A stretch of DNA of 63,385 nt, filler included, from Octopus bimaculoides (lineage: Eukaryota), in the NCBI RefSeq assembly GCF_001194135.2. It is 5 parts of 5 records of this genome, joined end to end, with 100 filler letters (N's around TTAATTAATTAA, not from the genome) between each part and the next. Parts side by side here need not be neighbours in the genome. Positions count along the whole stretch, not along the records: positions 60,776 to 63,385 come from NC_068991.1; 4 more parts are not named here. One strand, written 5' to 3'. Positions 62,260 through 63,385 of this stretch are shown here, one piece after another. The translations under genes and the position numbers were made by a program. Numbering within the stretch: the stretch's first letter is position 1; every line of letters begins with the position of its first letter. The notes under the pieces are model-generated. The model ran no database searches. It had not been told where the DNA came from and was given only the letters and a program-made list of their open reading frames with translations.

Positions 62260-63385
62260 NNNNNNNNNNNNNNNNNNNNNNNNNNNNNNNNNNNNNNNNN
62301 NNNNNNNNNNNNNNNNNNNNNNNNNNNNNNNNNNNNNNNNNNNNNNNNNNNNNNNNNNNNNNNNNNNNNNNNNNNNNNNNNNNNNNNNNNNNNNNNNNNN
62401 NNNNNNNNNNNNNNNNNNNNNNNNNNNNNNNNNNNNNNNNNNNNNNNNNNNNNNNNNNNNNNNNNNNNNNNNNNNNNNNNNNNNNNNNNNNNNNNNNNNN
62501 NNNNNNNNNNNNNNNNNNNNNNNNNNNNNNNNNNNNNNNNNNNNNNNNNNNNNNNNNNNNNNNNNNNNNNNNNNNNNNNNNNNNNNNNNNNNNNNNNNNN
62601 NNNNNNNNNNNNNNNNNNNNNNNNNNNNNNNNNNNNNNNNNNNNNNNNNNNNNNNNNNNNNNNNNNNNNNNNNNNNNNNNNNNNNNNNNNNNNNNNNNNN
62701 NNNNNNNNNNNNNNNNNNNNNNNNNNNNNNNNNNNNNNNNNNNNNNNNNNNNNNNNNNNNNNNNNNNNNNNNNNNNNNNNNNNNNNNNNNNNNNNNNNNN
62801 NNNNNNNNNNNNNNNNNNNNNNNNNNNNNNNNATATATATATATATATATACATACACACATATATGTCTAAACAAATTCATCCAGAAGCTCACAAGACA
62901 TACAAAATATGTATGAATACGAACTAAACAAAGCGATGAGAATTAATAAGAGTAATTATAATTAAAAAGGATTGCGTCTAATACATTGAATGTGTTTCAC
63001 AGTGTTTACGTCATGCGAGACTAAATGCTTTGTGTTAGCGTTGTATGTAAAGTTTTAAGGAACGGAAATGTGTGAATACGCTGTAGCTTATGGTAATTCA
63101 CGAGGAAAGATGTTGCAATTTTAGCATTGAGTATGCGCACCTGAGTGTTTGAGAGATTGTGCGGCTGTGTGCATGTGTTTGTGTTTGTGTGTGTGAGTGA
63201 GTGGATGTATAGACAGGCATGTGCATATATTTATCCGTATGCACGCACACACACACACATAGATAGATAAATAGATAGATAGGTAGATAGACGGATAGAC
63301 AAGTAGATAGATAGATAAATAGATAGATAGATAGGTAGGTAGATAAAGTAATTGTGCGTATATATATATATATATATATATATAT

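Noticed and set aside
10902-62916. Long ORFs containing X runs
   Set aside because: Artefacts of translating N gaps.

Overview
This is an AT-rich, microsatellite-dense eukaryotic region with many assembly gaps. The repeat complement (tRNA-derived SINE families, RTE, R4/Dong, CR1 and L1/Tx1 LINE relics, many Tc1/mariner relics) suggests an octopus/coleoid cephalopod genome; this is inferred from repeat recognition, not from a database search. I could not support any host protein-coding gene. Nearly all listed ORFs are microsatellite, N-gap or transposon translations. Four gaps are synthetic 100-bp linkers (44N-TTAATTAATTAA-44N), so the window is at least five joined pieces. Recognisable content: RTE, R4/Dong-type (next to TAA repeats), CR1/L2-like, L1/Tx1 and Penelope-like retroelement fragments; DD34D mariner, DD34E Tc1, DD37D, hAT, piggyBac-like MITE and Helitron-end relics; and at least three tRNA-SINE families, several copies with clear TSDs. 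The most interesting signal is a set of hammerhead-ribozyme-like motifs: three copies of one ~190-bp unit at 56.7-57.9 kb, one at the 3' end of a Penelope-like fragment (60.4 kb), and one degenerate motif in the body of a tRNA-headed SINE (4.8 kb). Also notable are a ~115-bp near-perfect hairpin, a 229-bp exact local copy inserted inside a mariner, and a SINE family with two alternative 3' tails and insertion styles. Repeat boundaries are approximate (about +/-10-20 bp) unless TSD or TIR positions are given.
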